Assembly: GCA_033286805.1 (NCBI GenBank)
Contig: GCA_033286805.1_4727.1
Reading direction: 5' to 3' (one strand)
From: a phage
Length of the DNA: 64,000 bases
The notes beneath the pieces were generated by a model. It was not told the DNA's origin and searched no databases. It saw only the letters and a program-made list of their open reading frames with translations. The position numbers and the translations under genes are program-made. Below, one piece after another: positions 32,105 through 41,857 of this stretch. The number at the start of each line of letters is the position of its first letter. Positions within the stretch are counted from its first letter, which is position 1.

Positions 32105-32375
32105 TTACACCTGGCGGTACCACGATACCGGTACGAATCACAGCAGCAACTTCCTGCATGCCTTTACCCTTCAACGCATAGGTTTCATATACCTTATTAC
32201 GTCGCGTCGTTAATCCAACAAATTTACATACGACCATGTTGTTTTCTGAAAGGTAGGCGGTGTCGAGTTCACCATGCAACAATTCTTTCTCTTTGGTATC
32301 AATACCCAATAACGCAATTTGATAAGCTGAAAGTTTCCAATAGCGCATGTTATCACCCAAACTGTTAAGAAGCAT
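32055..32375 (-). CDS. hypothetical protein
   Basis: 106-aa ORF overlapping its neighbours; start uncertain. Confidence 0.4.
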   Translation of the reverse strand: MLLNSLGDNMRYWKLSAYQIALLGIDTKEKELLHGELDTAYLSENNMVVCKFVGLTTRRNKVYETYALKGKGMQEVAAVIRTGIVVPPGVSDNLDEVLHGTRKATR

Positions 32376-32781
32376 CCTGTTTAATGTCGATGAGTATTTC
32401 CGTTCGAACCGGATTAGTCAGCACAGCACGCATGCGTTCAAGCATCATTGGGTTATCCGTAACCACCACATCGGCGTAACACAATGGATGACTTTCGAAT
32501 GCTTCGGTGTCACTTACTAACATAACGCCCATCACATTTACGTATTGCGGTATGCGTCCACGGATGCGCTGCCACATGTCTTGAGTAAGGTCTTCGTTTT
32601 CTAATGCAACCACGATGACAGGACTGATATTTACCGGGAAACGCGGATGCGCCGTGCGGCGAAAGGTCACCCAGCTTTCGACGTGGGATAATGCAAGTTC
32701 AAGAGAACAGCACTTTGGAGAAATCTGTATGTTTATTTGCTGAATCAATGAAAGGGGGTTTTGTACAGTCGCTTCAGCCAT
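32365..32781 (-). CDS. hypothetical protein
   Basis: 138-aa ORF. Confidence 0.5.
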   Translation of the reverse strand: MAEATVQNPLSLIQQINIQISPKCCSLELALSHVESWVTFRRTAHPRFPVNISPVIVVALENEDLTQDMWQRIRGRIPQYVNVMGVMLVSDTEAFESHPLCYADVVVTDNPMMLERMRAVLTNPVRTEILIDIKQDAS

Positions 32782-33759
32782 TTACTTTTTCCTGAAAATT
32801 AATGTCGGTAAGCCATTTCTTACAGCATAATACAACACTAAGAGGTTAATCTTGCCTGCGGATACCGTAAGCATTTTACGACGACGTGGTAAACTAACCG
32901 GTACGGTAGATGCCATCGTCGCACTGTTCTTGAACGTTTGGGAATAACGTCGCAGCGATGCTTCACCTAACAATGGAAGGAACAGATCCTCAGTAAGAAT
33001 ATCATCGCAGATATACGTAATCGCAAGTAACGGCGGATTCCACTCGTTCAGGAACTCGAAAATCTCGTTTGCGATACCCAGCGCGTTATTGGGAAGCGGA
33101 ACCTCACGAACGTATTTCTGATTGCCTTTATCCAGCAGGATTCTTGACATACAGTAATCGTGGATTATACCCGAAATATCATCCGCTGTTTCTGCGCTCT
33201 GCATCAACGCCTGTGCTTCTTCCCAGGTCAGTTGACGTTTTGTTTCGTAGTAGGTTGGTTTCAAAACCGCGTAAAAATCGTGGATTAAGCGACCAACGTC
33301 CCCACGGGTTTTCTCTGCCAACGCGATTGCGTACGCTTTCTTCTCCGCATCCGTTAAGATCTGATTACGCCACAACTCGTATTCGTCTAACAGCTCGGTG
33401 TATTTGGCTGTCCATTCAGAGGAAAGATAATAACCAATACTGTCAATCAATGCGTGCGTTAAAACACCCAGACGCTCGCGTCTTGGATCGACCGACGGCT
33501 CATAAACAAAAGGTAGCTTCGGTTTTTCAAAGCCGCTGGCTACAACGGTATCTGAAAAAGCGTTAGCGAAAACACCCATCGGTTTCCACGACGTAAGGAG
33601 ATCCTGATACAGCATCGGATGAACATTATTAATCGCTGTGAGTTTATCATCGAAAAGACTCACGCTTGGATGTTCGGCATTCGCAAGCTCAAAATAAATT
33701 CTTTCGAGCAACGCCTTTACCGCATCGCGTGTCTTATCGATTGGGCCAACAGAAGCCAT
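32782..33759 (-). CDS. hypothetical protein
   Basis: 325-aa ORF abutting the previous gene. Confidence 0.5.
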   Translation of the reverse strand: MASVGPIDKTRDAVKALLERIYFELANAEHPSVSLFDDKLTAINNVHPMLYQDLLTSWKPMGVFANAFSDTVVASGFEKPKLPFVYEPSVDPRRERLGVLTHALIDSIGYYLSSEWTAKYTELLDEYELWRNQILTDAEKKAYAIALAEKTRGDVGRLIHDFYAVLKPTYYETKRQLTWEEAQALMQSAETADDISGIIHDYCMSRILLDKGNQKYVREVPLPNNALGIANEIFEFLNEWNPPLLAITYICDDILTEDLFLPLLGEASLRRYSQTFKNSATMASTVPVSLPRRRKMLTVSAGKINLLVLYYAVRNGLPTLIFRKK

Positions 33760-33773
33760 GTAAATTATCCTCG

Positions 33774-34040
33774 TTAAAAAGTACCCATGATCGATAGGGC
33801 AATATGGTCTTTGTTCGCACGCGCTTGTAACGACATATCAAGACCGCTTTTCTTAATATGCCAGCGTGCCACCAGTTCCGGTTGGTCAACGGAATACAGC
33901 CCTTCTCGATGTTGATTCAACCATTTAGCAATCGGATGCAATTTATCGGGATTGACCACACCCAATTCCAAGCCGCCAGGTGTTAATGGTTTAGAATAAA
34001 AGTCAAGTGCGTTCCGTAAAAAGTCATCCTCGATGCTCAT
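33774..34040 (-). CDS. hypothetical protein
   Basis: 88-aa ORF. Confidence 0.45.
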   Translation of the reverse strand: MSIEDDFLRNALDFYSKPLTPGGLELGVVNPDKLHPIAKWLNQHREGLYSVDQPELVARWHIKKSGLDMSLQARANKDHIALSIMGTF

Positions 34041-34153
34041 CGTAGCATACCTACCATGCCAATTACGGCAAACAGTACGCCGACGGCGCTATACGCAAGC
34101 AGCGCTTTAGCAGCCCAAGATTTTATTTCCGTAAGCTCGTCATTATTCACCAT
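34037..34153 (-). CDS. putative small membrane protein, not in ORF track
   Basis: 38-aa ORF MVNNDELTEIKSWAAKALLAYSAVGVLFAVIGMVGMLR; ATG at 34151-34153 preceded by GAGGTG; its stop overlaps the next start in an ATGA arrangement. Confidence 0.35.
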   Translation of the reverse strand: MVNNDELTEIKSWAAKALLAYSAVGVLFAVIGMVGMLR

Positions 34154-34204
34154 GTTTCACCTCGTTCGGTTGTTGTCTGATCTCATACCTTTACTTAAGC
34201 GTAT

Positions 34205-34225
34205 CCCCCGTCATTAAGACGGGGT
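34205..34225. terminator. stem-loop
   Basis: CCCCGTC / GACGGGG inverted repeat immediately after the stop of gene 34231..34605. Confidence 0.35.
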
Positions 34226-34230
34226 GCTTA

Positions 34231-34605
34231 TCACCAGAGACGATTACCTTCCTCGTCCCACCAAGCAATCGCTTGTGTCGACTCGAATGTGTTAGGGCGT
34301 AATGTCATACCCTTGCGGTCAACGATTAACCGCAACTCGGTACCGAACCATTCAATCGAGATAAACAAACCCTTCCGAATGATTGCTTGATAACCTGATA
34401 GCCGCTCAAAGAGTCGTTGAAAGATCTCATCATGCCCACACGACACTAATGCTTCTGAATAGCGTCGCATCGATTTTGCATCGCTAGGTAAGCGTGTTTT
34501 ACAGTCCCACCATAACACAGCGTACATCAATGCGGCATTACGCAATCGTAACGATTGAACTGGTGTTAGCTGTCGTCCTTCAACATCATCGATAATAACG
34601 TACAT
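34231..34605 (-). CDS. hypothetical protein
   Basis: 124-aa ORF. Confidence 0.5.
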   Translation of the reverse strand: MYVIIDDVEGRQLTPVQSLRLRNAALMYAVLWWDCKTRLPSDAKSMRRYSEALVSCGHDEIFQRLFERLSGYQAIIRKGLFISIEWFGTELRLIVDRKGMTLRPNTFESTQAIAWWDEEGNRLW

Positions 34606-34838
34606 TGCGTCTTATTCCGCGTTTGTTTCCTTAACATGGACACATTCCGCATCGATAGTCACACCGGTAGAACGATGGGTCTCGCTGGTAGAATCAAATC
34701 CGCTGTTGAACAACATGGCGAACGTGTTATTATCCATACGAGCAAAGGTCTCCGCAATACGATCGGGATGAAAATCGGTGCGGTTGATGGTCGATTTCAC
34801 AAAAACTCCTATAAACAATTTAATTATTGGTATTAAGA

Positions 34839-35324
34839 TTAAAGCAGAATCTGCGGACAGCAGCATGATTCGTAACCACCTTCATGTGGTAACGTATTGC
34901 TGGTGTCAGGCCAAACAAGCTGGATACCTGCAACTTTTTTACCATAACGAGCGAAAGCCGATATCGCATACACTTCGTTGAAGGATTCAATATCCTCAAT
35001 TTCGCGCACGTCAAGACGCAAGGTTTCACCCGTACCCTTCAAAGTCAGATTGCCATCGAACGCGCCTAACGGGATGGTCTTTGCCTTCACCATGAAGTTA
35101 CCCAGTTTGTTGATTGCTGAACCAAGGGCAGGGCAGTAACCGGATACGAAGATTTCCGGCATTCCGTGTTCGGTTAGACCAACAGTATACATAAAGCCAG
35201 GCTCGTCGCTTCCCTCATCAGGAGCGACACTGATAATAGCCCATTGCTTTTTCTCGATATATTCTTCGATAAAATCGTCCAGTTTTGAAAAATTGTTTTC
35301 ATTAAGCTTAACTGTGTTACTCAT
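34839..35324 (-). CDS. hypothetical protein (DUF4262-like by eye)
   Basis: 161 aa; motif DEPGFMYTVGLTEHGMPEI recalls the YTVGL signature of DUF4262. By-eye call only. Confidence 0.45.
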   Translation of the reverse strand: MSNTVKLNENNFSKLDDFIEEYIEKKQWAIISVAPDEGSDEPGFMYTVGLTEHGMPEIFVSGYCPALGSAINKLGNFMVKAKTIPLGAFDGNLTLKGTGETLRLDVREIEDIESFNEVYAISAFARYGKKVAGIQLVWPDTSNTLPHEGGYESCCCPQILL

Positions 35325-35610
35325 GTTCTTTATCCTTTAATGCATTTTCTAACCAGCGGACATAACTTTCACGATAAAGGTGAATATGTCTTTTACCGTC
35401 GCGAAAGTTAGGGTCAATAAGATGAATCGCAGCATGGGTTGAAGTCATCGCATGCTGTAAATGTTTTCGTGTTAATCGCCCAAGTTTTACCCAGCGTTGA
35501 ATATACCGTGCGTCTGCCGCTAAACAGGTACGTTCATCGATGAAAGGTACCAATACCTGAACGATACTACCGTAATACACCATCGAACTGTTGAACATCT
35601 GCGTCTCCAT
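35317..35610 (-). CDS. hypothetical protein
   Basis: 97-aa ORF. Confidence 0.45.
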   Translation of the reverse strand: METQMFNSSMVYYGSIVQVLVPFIDERTCLAADARYIQRWVKLGRLTRKHLQHAMTSTHAAIHLIDPNFRDGKRHIHLYRESYVRWLENALKDKEHE

Positions 35611-35628
35611 GCAAATGGATGGGGCGGA

Positions 35629-35937
35629 TTAGTGAAGAATTACTGTTTGCGACCCTTTCTCGTATTCGGTAAGTAACTCGTCGTACCGACGATCGACTGC
35701 CTTGATTGCATTATCGATCTCCGACATATCTGATACAACAGATCGTTTCGCTTCCAGTCGATATACTAACGCATCACGCATACCCTCGGCTGCAGCGAGT
35801 TCGCAAGTTGCTTGATGTTTATTATCCGAAAAGACGAAGAATGGTTTGTTCTCTTCATCAGCCAGGAAGTAGTTACGAATCTCAACCAACCTTTCTTCTG
35901 GAACCAGTTCACAATTGTTTTCGTTCATTTTCATCAT
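35629..35937 (-). CDS. hypothetical protein
   Basis: 102-aa ORF. Confidence 0.45.
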   Translation of the reverse strand: MMKMNENNCELVPEERLVEIRNYFLADEENKPFFVFSDNKHQATCELAAAEGMRDALVYRLEAKRSVVSDMSEIDNAIKAVDRRYDELLTEYEKGSQTVILH

Positions 35938-35942
35938 CTCTC

Positions 35943-36275
35943 TTAAAGTTTTAACGTATTGACGCCGCTTATAAAGGCGTTGATTTCATTGTCGATGTTA
36001 CCGGTTTGCTCGATAATCTTCTCCACCATCAATCTTGGTTTGTTATAAGCAATACTTACAGCATCGGGACCATTCCCATACATGCTCGCCACGTAAATTC
36101 GAAGTTCTTTTAAACGATCAAGTAACAACTGCGCGATTTCCAGAACTTCTTCTGTAGCGGTCTGTACGTTGCATTCGCGTAACTTGTGCTCTAACAGCGA
36201 TGTCGCGGCATCGAGCATGGATGTGTATTTACGATAGTTATAAATATCAATTATAGCTGTCTGATTCATATACAC
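35943..36275 (-). CDS. hypothetical protein
   Basis: 110-aa ORF. Confidence 0.45.
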   Translation of the reverse strand: MYMNQTAIIDIYNYRKYTSMLDAATSLLEHKLRECNVQTATEEVLEIAQLLLDRLKELRIYVASMYGNGPDAVSIAYNKPRLMVEKIIEQTGNIDNEINAFISGVNTLKL

Positions 36276-36280
36276 GTTAT

Positions 36281-36649
36281 TTATTTATCGGGGTCTGGAA
36301 AATAGTAAAATCGCCAATGCAACATAGAGATCGCATTTCTTATTTGATTCGCACGAACACAGCGTCCGAGAAAGGACTTGTAGCAAGAATCGCAATCCAT
36401 GAACAACTCATGGCTCGATTTCATCAGAACCACGATGTCTCTTATATACGAATTGCAGTACTCGATAAACGGGTCTGTATCGTACGTATATTTCCTCGCA
36501 CTACCTATCCCCAACTCTCTATTTAACTCACGACAATTTATCATGAGCTTCACATAACGGATAAGCCGAACGAAGTCACGTAAATTACGATTAAACCAAT
36601 ATCGATACCAAAATGACTGTATACTCCGAACAGTTCTATTTAACTTCAT
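36281..36649 (-). CDS. hypothetical protein
   Basis: 122-aa ORF in a lower-GC stretch. Confidence 0.4.
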   Translation of the reverse strand: MKLNRTVRSIQSFWYRYWFNRNLRDFVRLIRYVKLMINCRELNRELGIGSARKYTYDTDPFIEYCNSYIRDIVVLMKSSHELFMDCDSCYKSFLGRCVRANQIRNAISMLHWRFYYFPDPDK

Positions 36650-37280
36650 TGATACCTTCTATTAGTTGTACAGCAACTTCTTTTTCGGTGCTATAAAAGA
36701 ACTTGCGGTGGAACTGAACAAGAAGCTTTTCGAATTTACATTGAACGATCTTTTTGCGTTCGATATGACCCAGGGAGAGCAAAGCACCCATGCAACGTAC
36801 CGCTTGTTCGAGAACCTGTTTCGCGGTATCGTGATCGTCCGGTAACGGTAAATCTTCCTCGTCATCTTTAGCGATAAGACGTCTAATGATGTTATCGATA
36901 CGTATCTCATCACCGTTAATGAAAGCGCCTTTCTCCCATTCATCAAATCGTTGATGGATTCGACGTTGTAAGTTGGCCCTGTCTTCCGTTAACTCTTTCA
37001 ACTGGCTTTCTAAGTGGGATACGGTACGGCGGTCGGTTTCAGTGAAGTTTTCCGATTCTTTGTACCACCAATCGTTACGCGCTTGTAAGTCATTAATGCG
37101 AGAAATCGTCCGACGACACTCGTTAACAAACGCATCGCCGTTCGATAGCTCCGTACCGAAATAGCATTTGTATTTATAACGCATAACACGGATTAAACGT
37201 TTCGTTAGAAAACCTTGTTTCTCCAGTTTCTTCTTCAGTTGGGTGTATTTCTCTTCTTTTGTTTCCGCGATATCTTTCAT
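36636..37280 (-). CDS. hypothetical protein
   Basis: 214-aa ORF, charged and helical in character. Confidence 0.45.
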   Translation of the reverse strand: MKDIAETKEEKYTQLKKKLEKQGFLTKRLIRVMRYKYKCYFGTELSNGDAFVNECRRTISRINDLQARNDWWYKESENFTETDRRTVSHLESQLKELTEDRANLQRRIHQRFDEWEKGAFINGDEIRIDNIIRRLIAKDDEEDLPLPDDHDTAKQVLEQAVRCMGALLSLGHIERKKIVQCKFEKLLVQFHRKFFYSTEKEVAVQLIEGINEVK

Positions 37281-37627
37281 GCCATATTCTCCGTTATATG
37301 CTTTAAACTGTTACGTATACTTTTCAATCGGTGGTTAAATCCGGAACGATAACATTTCCGTACAACCCTTGGCGCTCGCGCTTTATTCGCCTGATGAAGC
37401 TGTTCATTCACCTGCGACGCTATACGTAAACGCTCTAATAAAGAGCTCAACCGAATGACAACCAACGGTTGTTCTTTCACCTTCTCTAGTTTGAGTAAAG
37501 AGTCAATATGAAACTTTATATCGATAATCTGATTCCTGTTTTTGCGGTACTGATGAATATACCAGCATCGACGAAAATAGGCGATGCTAAGCATAGGGTG
37601 GATCCTCTTCAACGCTATCTCCAACAA
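37277..37627 (-). CDS. hypothetical protein
   Basis: 116-aa basic ORF. Confidence 0.4.
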   Translation of the reverse strand: MLEIALKRIHPMLSIAYFRRCWYIHQYRKNRNQIIDIKFHIDSLLKLEKVKEQPLVVIRLSSLLERLRIASQVNEQLHQANKARAPRVVRKCYRSGFNHRLKSIRNSLKHITENMA

Positions 37628-37812
37628 TACATCGGATTAGGTGATTTATGGCATTTATAAATACCTACTTTCTTCTGTCTACCTTTACCTGGGCCTCGTT
37701 TAACGCGTTTGTTATAAACACGACCCAAATATCGAGTGACGATAGATCGGGATAAATACATCGGATCGATATAATCCAGAGTACCCGCTTCTGTTTCTTC
37801 GAGGCATTGCAT
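37615..37812 (-). CDS. small basic protein with RGPGKGRQKK motif
   Basis: 65 aa; ATG verified at 37810-37812 with GAGGAG upstream. Confidence 0.4.
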   Translation of the reverse strand: MQCLEETEAGTLDYIDPMYLSRSIVTRYLGRVYNKRVKRGPGKGRQKKVGIYKCHKSPNPMYCWR

Positions 37813-37838
37813 GCGTAACTCCTCTTTCCTCTAAGAAG

Positions 37839-38042
37839 TCAATCCAGCATAAGCCACGGCATCGCTTTCGCGATAGAATCCACCGCAGCATTTGCGATCC
37901 TTCGTTCAGTCGTTGGTACCACGTGCGCCACGAACCGTTTCCCTTTATTGCAACCTTTCTTGTGTTTTCCTTTGACCAAACGAACACCAATCATGTCGTT
38001 GATAACATGATTTAGTATGTGGCGCTGTAGAGAATTAATCAT
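37839..38042 (-). CDS. small basic protein with KGKHKKGCNKGKR motif
   Basis: Track ORF begins at a GTG (38045); ATG at 38040-38042 taken as the start. Confidence 0.4.
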   Translation of the reverse strand: MINSLQRHILNHVINDMIGVRLVKGKHKKGCNKGKRFVAHVVPTTERRIANAAVDSIAKAMPWLMLD

Positions 38043-38182
38043 CACTTTTACTCCAGGCAGAGAAGATTCTCGGTTTTAGTTCTATCTGTCCGCATATCCA
38101 GGTGTATCTCCATTTACCTTTACGAGGACCTTTCTTATTTTTAACACCTATCAGAATACGATAGGGGTACGACCAAGTCATT
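38036..38182 (-). CDS. small basic protein with KKGPRKGK motif, not in ORF track
   Basis: 48-aa ORF MTWSYPYRILIGVKNKKGPRKGKWRYTWICGQIELKPRIFSAWSKSDD; ATG at 38180-38182 preceded by AGGAG at 6-nt spacing. Confidence 0.35.
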
Positions 38183-38210
38183 GTAAACTCCTAAATAAAT
38201 CTCAATGTTC

Positions 38211-38471
38211 TTAATGCAGTTGCTTCTTAAAACCTAATTTAAGAAGCGTCATTCTCTTGTCGATGGTATCTAATGCTTCCAGCAAGGATTCACGCTGTTC
38301 TTTCGTAAGCATATCGACGCGTAGACGTTCGTTAATTTCTGCTTTAAGCTGTATAGGAAGGGTTTGTGTAAGTATGCTATCAGCCTCCATCTCGTAACTA
38401 TTTTTCGGTGTGGGTAATGCTTCAGTAACACCGGTGAGATAAAAACCGATAGTGGTTACTCGTTCATCCAT
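38211..38471 (-). CDS. hypothetical protein
   Basis: Track ORF to 38537 begins with a non-ATG codon inside a hairpin; start taken at internal MDERVTT. Coordinates approximate. Confidence 0.4.
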   Translation of the reverse strand: MDERVTTIGFYLTGVTEALPTPKNSYEMEADSILTQTLPIQLKAEINERLRVDMLTKEQRESLLEALDTIDKRMTLLKLGFKKQLH

Positions 38472-38521
38472 TGCTTCTAGCAGTTCAGAACTTACTTCAT
38501 CCACGATAGTTCTCCGTATTA

Positions 38522-38539
38522 GGGTGGGCGTACCCACCC
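38522..38539. terminator. short stem-loop after thyA
   Basis: GGGTGGG-CGTA-CCCACCC palindrome just downstream of the thyA stop (38552). Confidence 0.3.
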
Positions 38540-38551
38540 TCGGTTGTTAAT

Positions 38552-39571
38552 TTACACCGCCACCTTAGCCTTGATAGCGGGGTGTGATTGATATCCGACG
38601 AACACAAAGTCTTCGTAACGGTAATCCGTAATACTTTCCGGTTTACGTACGATTGTTAGCTTCGGTAATGGGTACGGCTCACGGCTGAGCTGCTCTTTAA
38701 CCTGTTCGAAGTGGTTATGATAGATGTGGCAATCTCCACCCGTCCACACGAACTCACCAACGTCCATATTCAGCTGTTGGGCAAGCATATGCGTCAGCAA
38801 CGAATATGAGGCGATGTTGAACGGTGTTCCGAGCAACACGTCCTGTGATCTGGCTAACAGCATACAAGACAAGGCACGTGTTGGTACGTTATGCGCATTC
38901 AACCAAAGTTCCGTTTCACTATGTCGTACATCATCCGTAACCCACTGGGTTCTTAATACGTCGTTGCGTTGAACATAATCAACGCGTTCATCGACTGTGA
39001 GTTCGTGGGTATAGAACTGATAGAAACTGTGGCATGCTGGAAGCGCCATATCGTCTAAATCGCCTACGTTCCACGCGCTAACGATGATCCGTCGAGAATC
39101 AGGATCTTCTTTAAGCTGACGCATCACGTTTGCGATTTGGTCGTGGTGTTTAACATACAAGAGATGTTTGACCATACCGGCGTCAACAACACCGCAATAC
39201 TCATAGCCGCGTTGCATCAACTCACGAGTACGTTCTGTATCGTGCGGGACAACCATTTTGTAGTCGATCCATTCCCGCCATTGTTTGCCGTAAATAGGTC
39301 CTAGATTCCCTTCTTCGTCAGCCCACTCATTCCAGATGCGAACACCGTTATCCTGAAGATAAGCAACGTTTGTATCACCATTAAGAAACCAGAGCAGTTC
39401 GTGGATAACGCTCTTAAGGTGAATCTTCTTGGTGGTTACCAGCGGGAATCCTTTCTTCAAGTCAAAACGCATCTGACGTCCGAATACGGAACGGGTCCCG
39501 GTGCCTGTACGATCAGCTTTATCACGACCATTATCCATGATGTCTTGCAAAAGGTCCAAATACTGTTTCAT
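38552..39571 (-). CDS. thyA: thymidylate synthase
   Basis: 339 aa; near-colinear with bacterial ThyA ([27 protein letters not shown]; [13 protein letters not shown]; catalytic-region [10 protein letters not shown]; [16 protein letters not shown]) plus a ~30-aa internal insertion. ATG verified at 39569-39571. Confidence 0.9.
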   Translation of the reverse strand: MKQYLDLLQDIMDNGRDKADRTGTGTRSVFGRQMRFDLKKGFPLVTTKKIHLKSVIHELLWFLNGDTNVAYLQDNGVRIWNEWADEEGNLGPIYGKQWREWIDYKMVVPHDTERTRELMQRGYEYCGVVDAGMVKHLLYVKHHDQIANVMRQLKEDPDSRRIIVSAWNVGDLDDMALPACHSFYQFYTHELTVDERVDYVQRNDVLRTQWVTDDVRHSETELWLNAHNVPTRALSCMLLARSQDVLLGTPFNIASYSLLTHMLAQQLNMDVGEFVWTGGDCHIYHNHFEQVKEQLSREPYPLPKLTIVRKPESITDYRYEDFVFVGYQSHPAIKAKVAV

Positions 39572-39771
39572 TTTAATCCTCTAAGTGTTTCAAGTAGTTC
39601 CTGAAATTTATAACGATATTTAGGATCGCTTAACGTGTAGCAGCAACCATGTAACACGTTATACGCGAAATCGGCTTGTAAACCACGAACCTTCGGATCC
39701 AATGATAGATTCAACGGCGCATCATCAAAAATCCACGCCTCAATGTTCTTCTTGGATTCCTTCGTTAACAT
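39568..39771 (-). CDS. hypothetical protein
   Basis: 67-aa ORF; 4-bp overlap with thyA. Confidence 0.4.
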   Translation of the reverse strand: MLTKESKKNIEAWIFDDAPLNLSLDPKVRGLQADFAYNVLHGCCYTLSDPKYRYKFQELLETLRGLK

Positions 39772-39903
39772 CGTTGTTCACCTCGTCGTAAAAGTAAATA
39801 GAGTTTTGTCGAGACGCCCTAATTACTTACAACGTCGGTTCTCCCGGCTTCAGAGAATTCTTAAAATCCGTTAGTTTTGATAGATAGGGTAAGACGGCAT
39901 AAA

Positions 39904-39924
39904 AGCCTCCCATTACGGGAGGCT
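39904..39924 (-). terminator. stem-loop terminator
   Basis: 8-bp stem AGCCTCCC / GGGAGGCT, loop ATTAC, followed on the minus strand by UUUAUGCCGUCUUACCC. Confidence 0.5.
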
Positions 39925-39936
39925 CCATCAATCAAC

Positions 39937-40485
39937 TTACTTCACGAGAACAGCGAATTCGAGAACGTAAATAGTCTCGTCATCCATCGGATTTGTTGTG
40001 GTATAGCCAGCAAATTGATAGCCCATATCCACGATAAACTCGCTAAGTTTATCGATGACTGATACCCCGATACGATCGTCAACAGACAGACGACATTTAC
40101 GGGTTATGTTTTGCCCGCGAGGAACGCCAGCTAACACGGATAGGAAATGTACGATCCGGTTATTGGTTGCGAACTGCTTGAAATCGTCGTAGTGTTTAAG
40201 GTCTTTCATCGCAGACTCTACAGTCATCCGGCGACCAGGTGATACATACTCAGAATAAGAATAAGCTGCAATCGTGCGGCGGTCTTCAGTGAGGTAAGTG
40301 TTCCCATCAGGATGATAACTTTCGATTGTTCCGTCTTCATAGGCGACGGTCACAACAGGTGCGCCGTATTCGTCGCGACCGAAATCAACTTTACATTTGT
40401 CCGAAAGCGGTAGAATCGTACAAGGCTTTGCATTGTTCTCATCAGGGAGATCGTAACCACTCATCATTTTCAAGAACATAGACAT
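39937..40485 (-). CDS. hypothetical protein, tandem paralog
   Basis: 182 aa; shares N-terminal NNAKP and C-terminal IVK-ending regions with gene 40572..41105. Confidence 0.5.
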   Translation of the reverse strand: MSMFLKMMSGYDLPDENNAKPCTILPLSDKCKVDFGRDEYGAPVVTVAYEDGTIESYHPDGNTYLTEDRRTIAAYSYSEYVSPGRRMTVESAMKDLKHYDDFKQFATNNRIVHFLSVLAGVPRGQNITRKCRLSVDDRIGVSVIDKLSEFIVDMGYQFAGYTTTNPMDDETIYVLEFAVLVK

Positions 40486-40537
40486 AATAGAACCTCATGA
40501 TAATAGATAATAGAAATGATAGATAGTACAGCAAAAT

Positions 40538-40561
40538 GAGGGGGTATTATCCCACCCCCTC
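40538..40561 (-). terminator. stem-loop terminator
   Basis: GAGGGGG / CCCCCTC stem followed on the minus strand by a U-rich stretch. Confidence 0.5.
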
Positions 40562-40571
40562 GCAGGGATTA

Positions 40572-41105
40572 CTACTTAACGATCGCGATGATTTTACCGC
40601 CCGCACCGGCGTAATATGCCGTTAAATTACCAGTAAACAACTCTTGTAAAAGACGATTTACGTGACTAACAAAGTTAGGATTGTCTGATTTTACAAACTC
40701 GATGTGACGCGTTTGTTTTATATCACGATCGATTAAGCGTATTTCCAACAACGCACGAATGAGGTTATCGTCAAGTTTACCACTTGCATCCAGCACTTCC
40801 CCATACGTCGTAGCACGGACGTCTGCATACATACGGTCAACATCATCCTTCCCAAAACCACAGGAATAGGCATACGTTGCGATGGTATTACCATTATCCA
40901 TCACGTAAACGTTACCGCCTGGGTAATCGATAAATCGTTGATCCTTATCACCATGAGCGACGAACTCCAGTGTCGGTCTACCTAGTGAATCACGATTGAA
41001 TTCGATAGTTGTCAAACGGTCAGGCACCACATGTAACGTAAACGGTTTTGCATTGTTACGATCGCTAGTATCGCAGTTGCCCATTACTTTTACGATAACA
41101 CTCAT
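40572..41105 (-). CDS. hypothetical protein, tandem paralog
   Basis: 177 aa; paralog of 39937..40485. Confidence 0.5.
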   Translation of the reverse strand: MSVIVKVMGNCDTSDRNNAKPFTLHVVPDRLTTIEFNRDSLGRPTLEFVAHGDKDQRFIDYPGGNVYVMDNGNTIATYAYSCGFGKDDVDRMYADVRATTYGEVLDASGKLDDNLIRALLEIRLIDRDIKQTRHIEFVKSDNPNFVSHVNRLLQELFTGNLTAYYAGAGGKIIAIVK

Positions 41106-41179
41106 GTTTTATTCCTTAGTAGTCCTAGTAGTAGTATTGAGGAATTTCACCTCATTAGATAGTCTATTTTGGTAATGTT

Positions 41180-41479
41180 TTACTGAAACAAGACATTAAA
41201 TTCGACGAGATACCCATCGGATCTATCACCACGATATCTGTTGCAGAAAACACCGAATTTCATCAAAAACACACATAACTCTTCGGCTTTGTATAGCGGA
41301 ATACGATTTTCGTCGAGCAGGGGGCACTTATGGCTAACCCGCTCCGACGAATCAACACAACACAAATAAAGAAGGAACCGAACGATGGCTCGGTTCTTAG
41401 TGAAGCTCTCGAATTCACCTGCGGTTCTGAACTCATCGAGGAGCTTTGTCGTTTTCTTCAATCGTTCACGATCAAGCAT
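41180..41479 (-). CDS. hypothetical protein
   Basis: Track start is a TTG inside the hairpin; ATG at 41477-41479 (MLDRERLKK) preceded by GAGG. Confidence 0.45.
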   Translation of the reverse strand: MLDRERLKKTTKLLDEFRTAGEFESFTKNRAIVRFLLYLCCVDSSERVSHKCPLLDENRIPLYKAEELCVFLMKFGVFCNRYRGDRSDGYLVEFNVLFQ

Positions 41480-41501
41480 GTTAACCTCAATACGAACATA
41501 A

Positions 41502-41533
41502 CCCTCCTCCAACCCGTCAGGGAAGGAGGAGGG
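41502..41533. terminator. GC-rich nested stem-loop
   Basis: CCCTCCTCC / GGAGGAGGG 9-bp stem around loop AACCCGTCAGGGAA; near-copy of the element at 1956..1987; TTATGTT follows on the minus strand. Confidence 0.45.
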
Positions 41534-41542
41534 GATATGCCG

Positions 41543-41857
41543 TTATTCTGTTTTCGGTGTTGAACCGTTCTTCTTGAAGTCGGATTCGTATTTCACGTTA
41601 GAATCGAGAACCTCACGAACGGTTTTATCCGTACAACCACGGGCGATGTATGCATTAAGATCGTCGCGTAATTTACGCATCGTTGTTTTATCCGCATCAG
41701 AAACATCTGACTTGGTAAGACGGAATGCGATTGCATCACGAATTTTATTCAGCGTTGCTGGGTTATTACGCTGCTCTGCAAATACCGCTTTGATGAATGT
41801 ACCGCTATCTTTCGAAGCGATGGCTGCATCAAGAATCTCAATATGCTTTTCAGACAT
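41543..41857 (-). CDS. hypothetical protein
   Basis: 104-aa ORF. Confidence 0.45.
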   Translation of the reverse strand: MSEKHIEILDAAIASKDSGTFIKAVFAEQRNNPATLNKIRDAIAFRLTKSDVSDADKTTMRKLRDDLNAYIARGCTDKTVREVLDSNVKYESDFKKNGSTPKTE

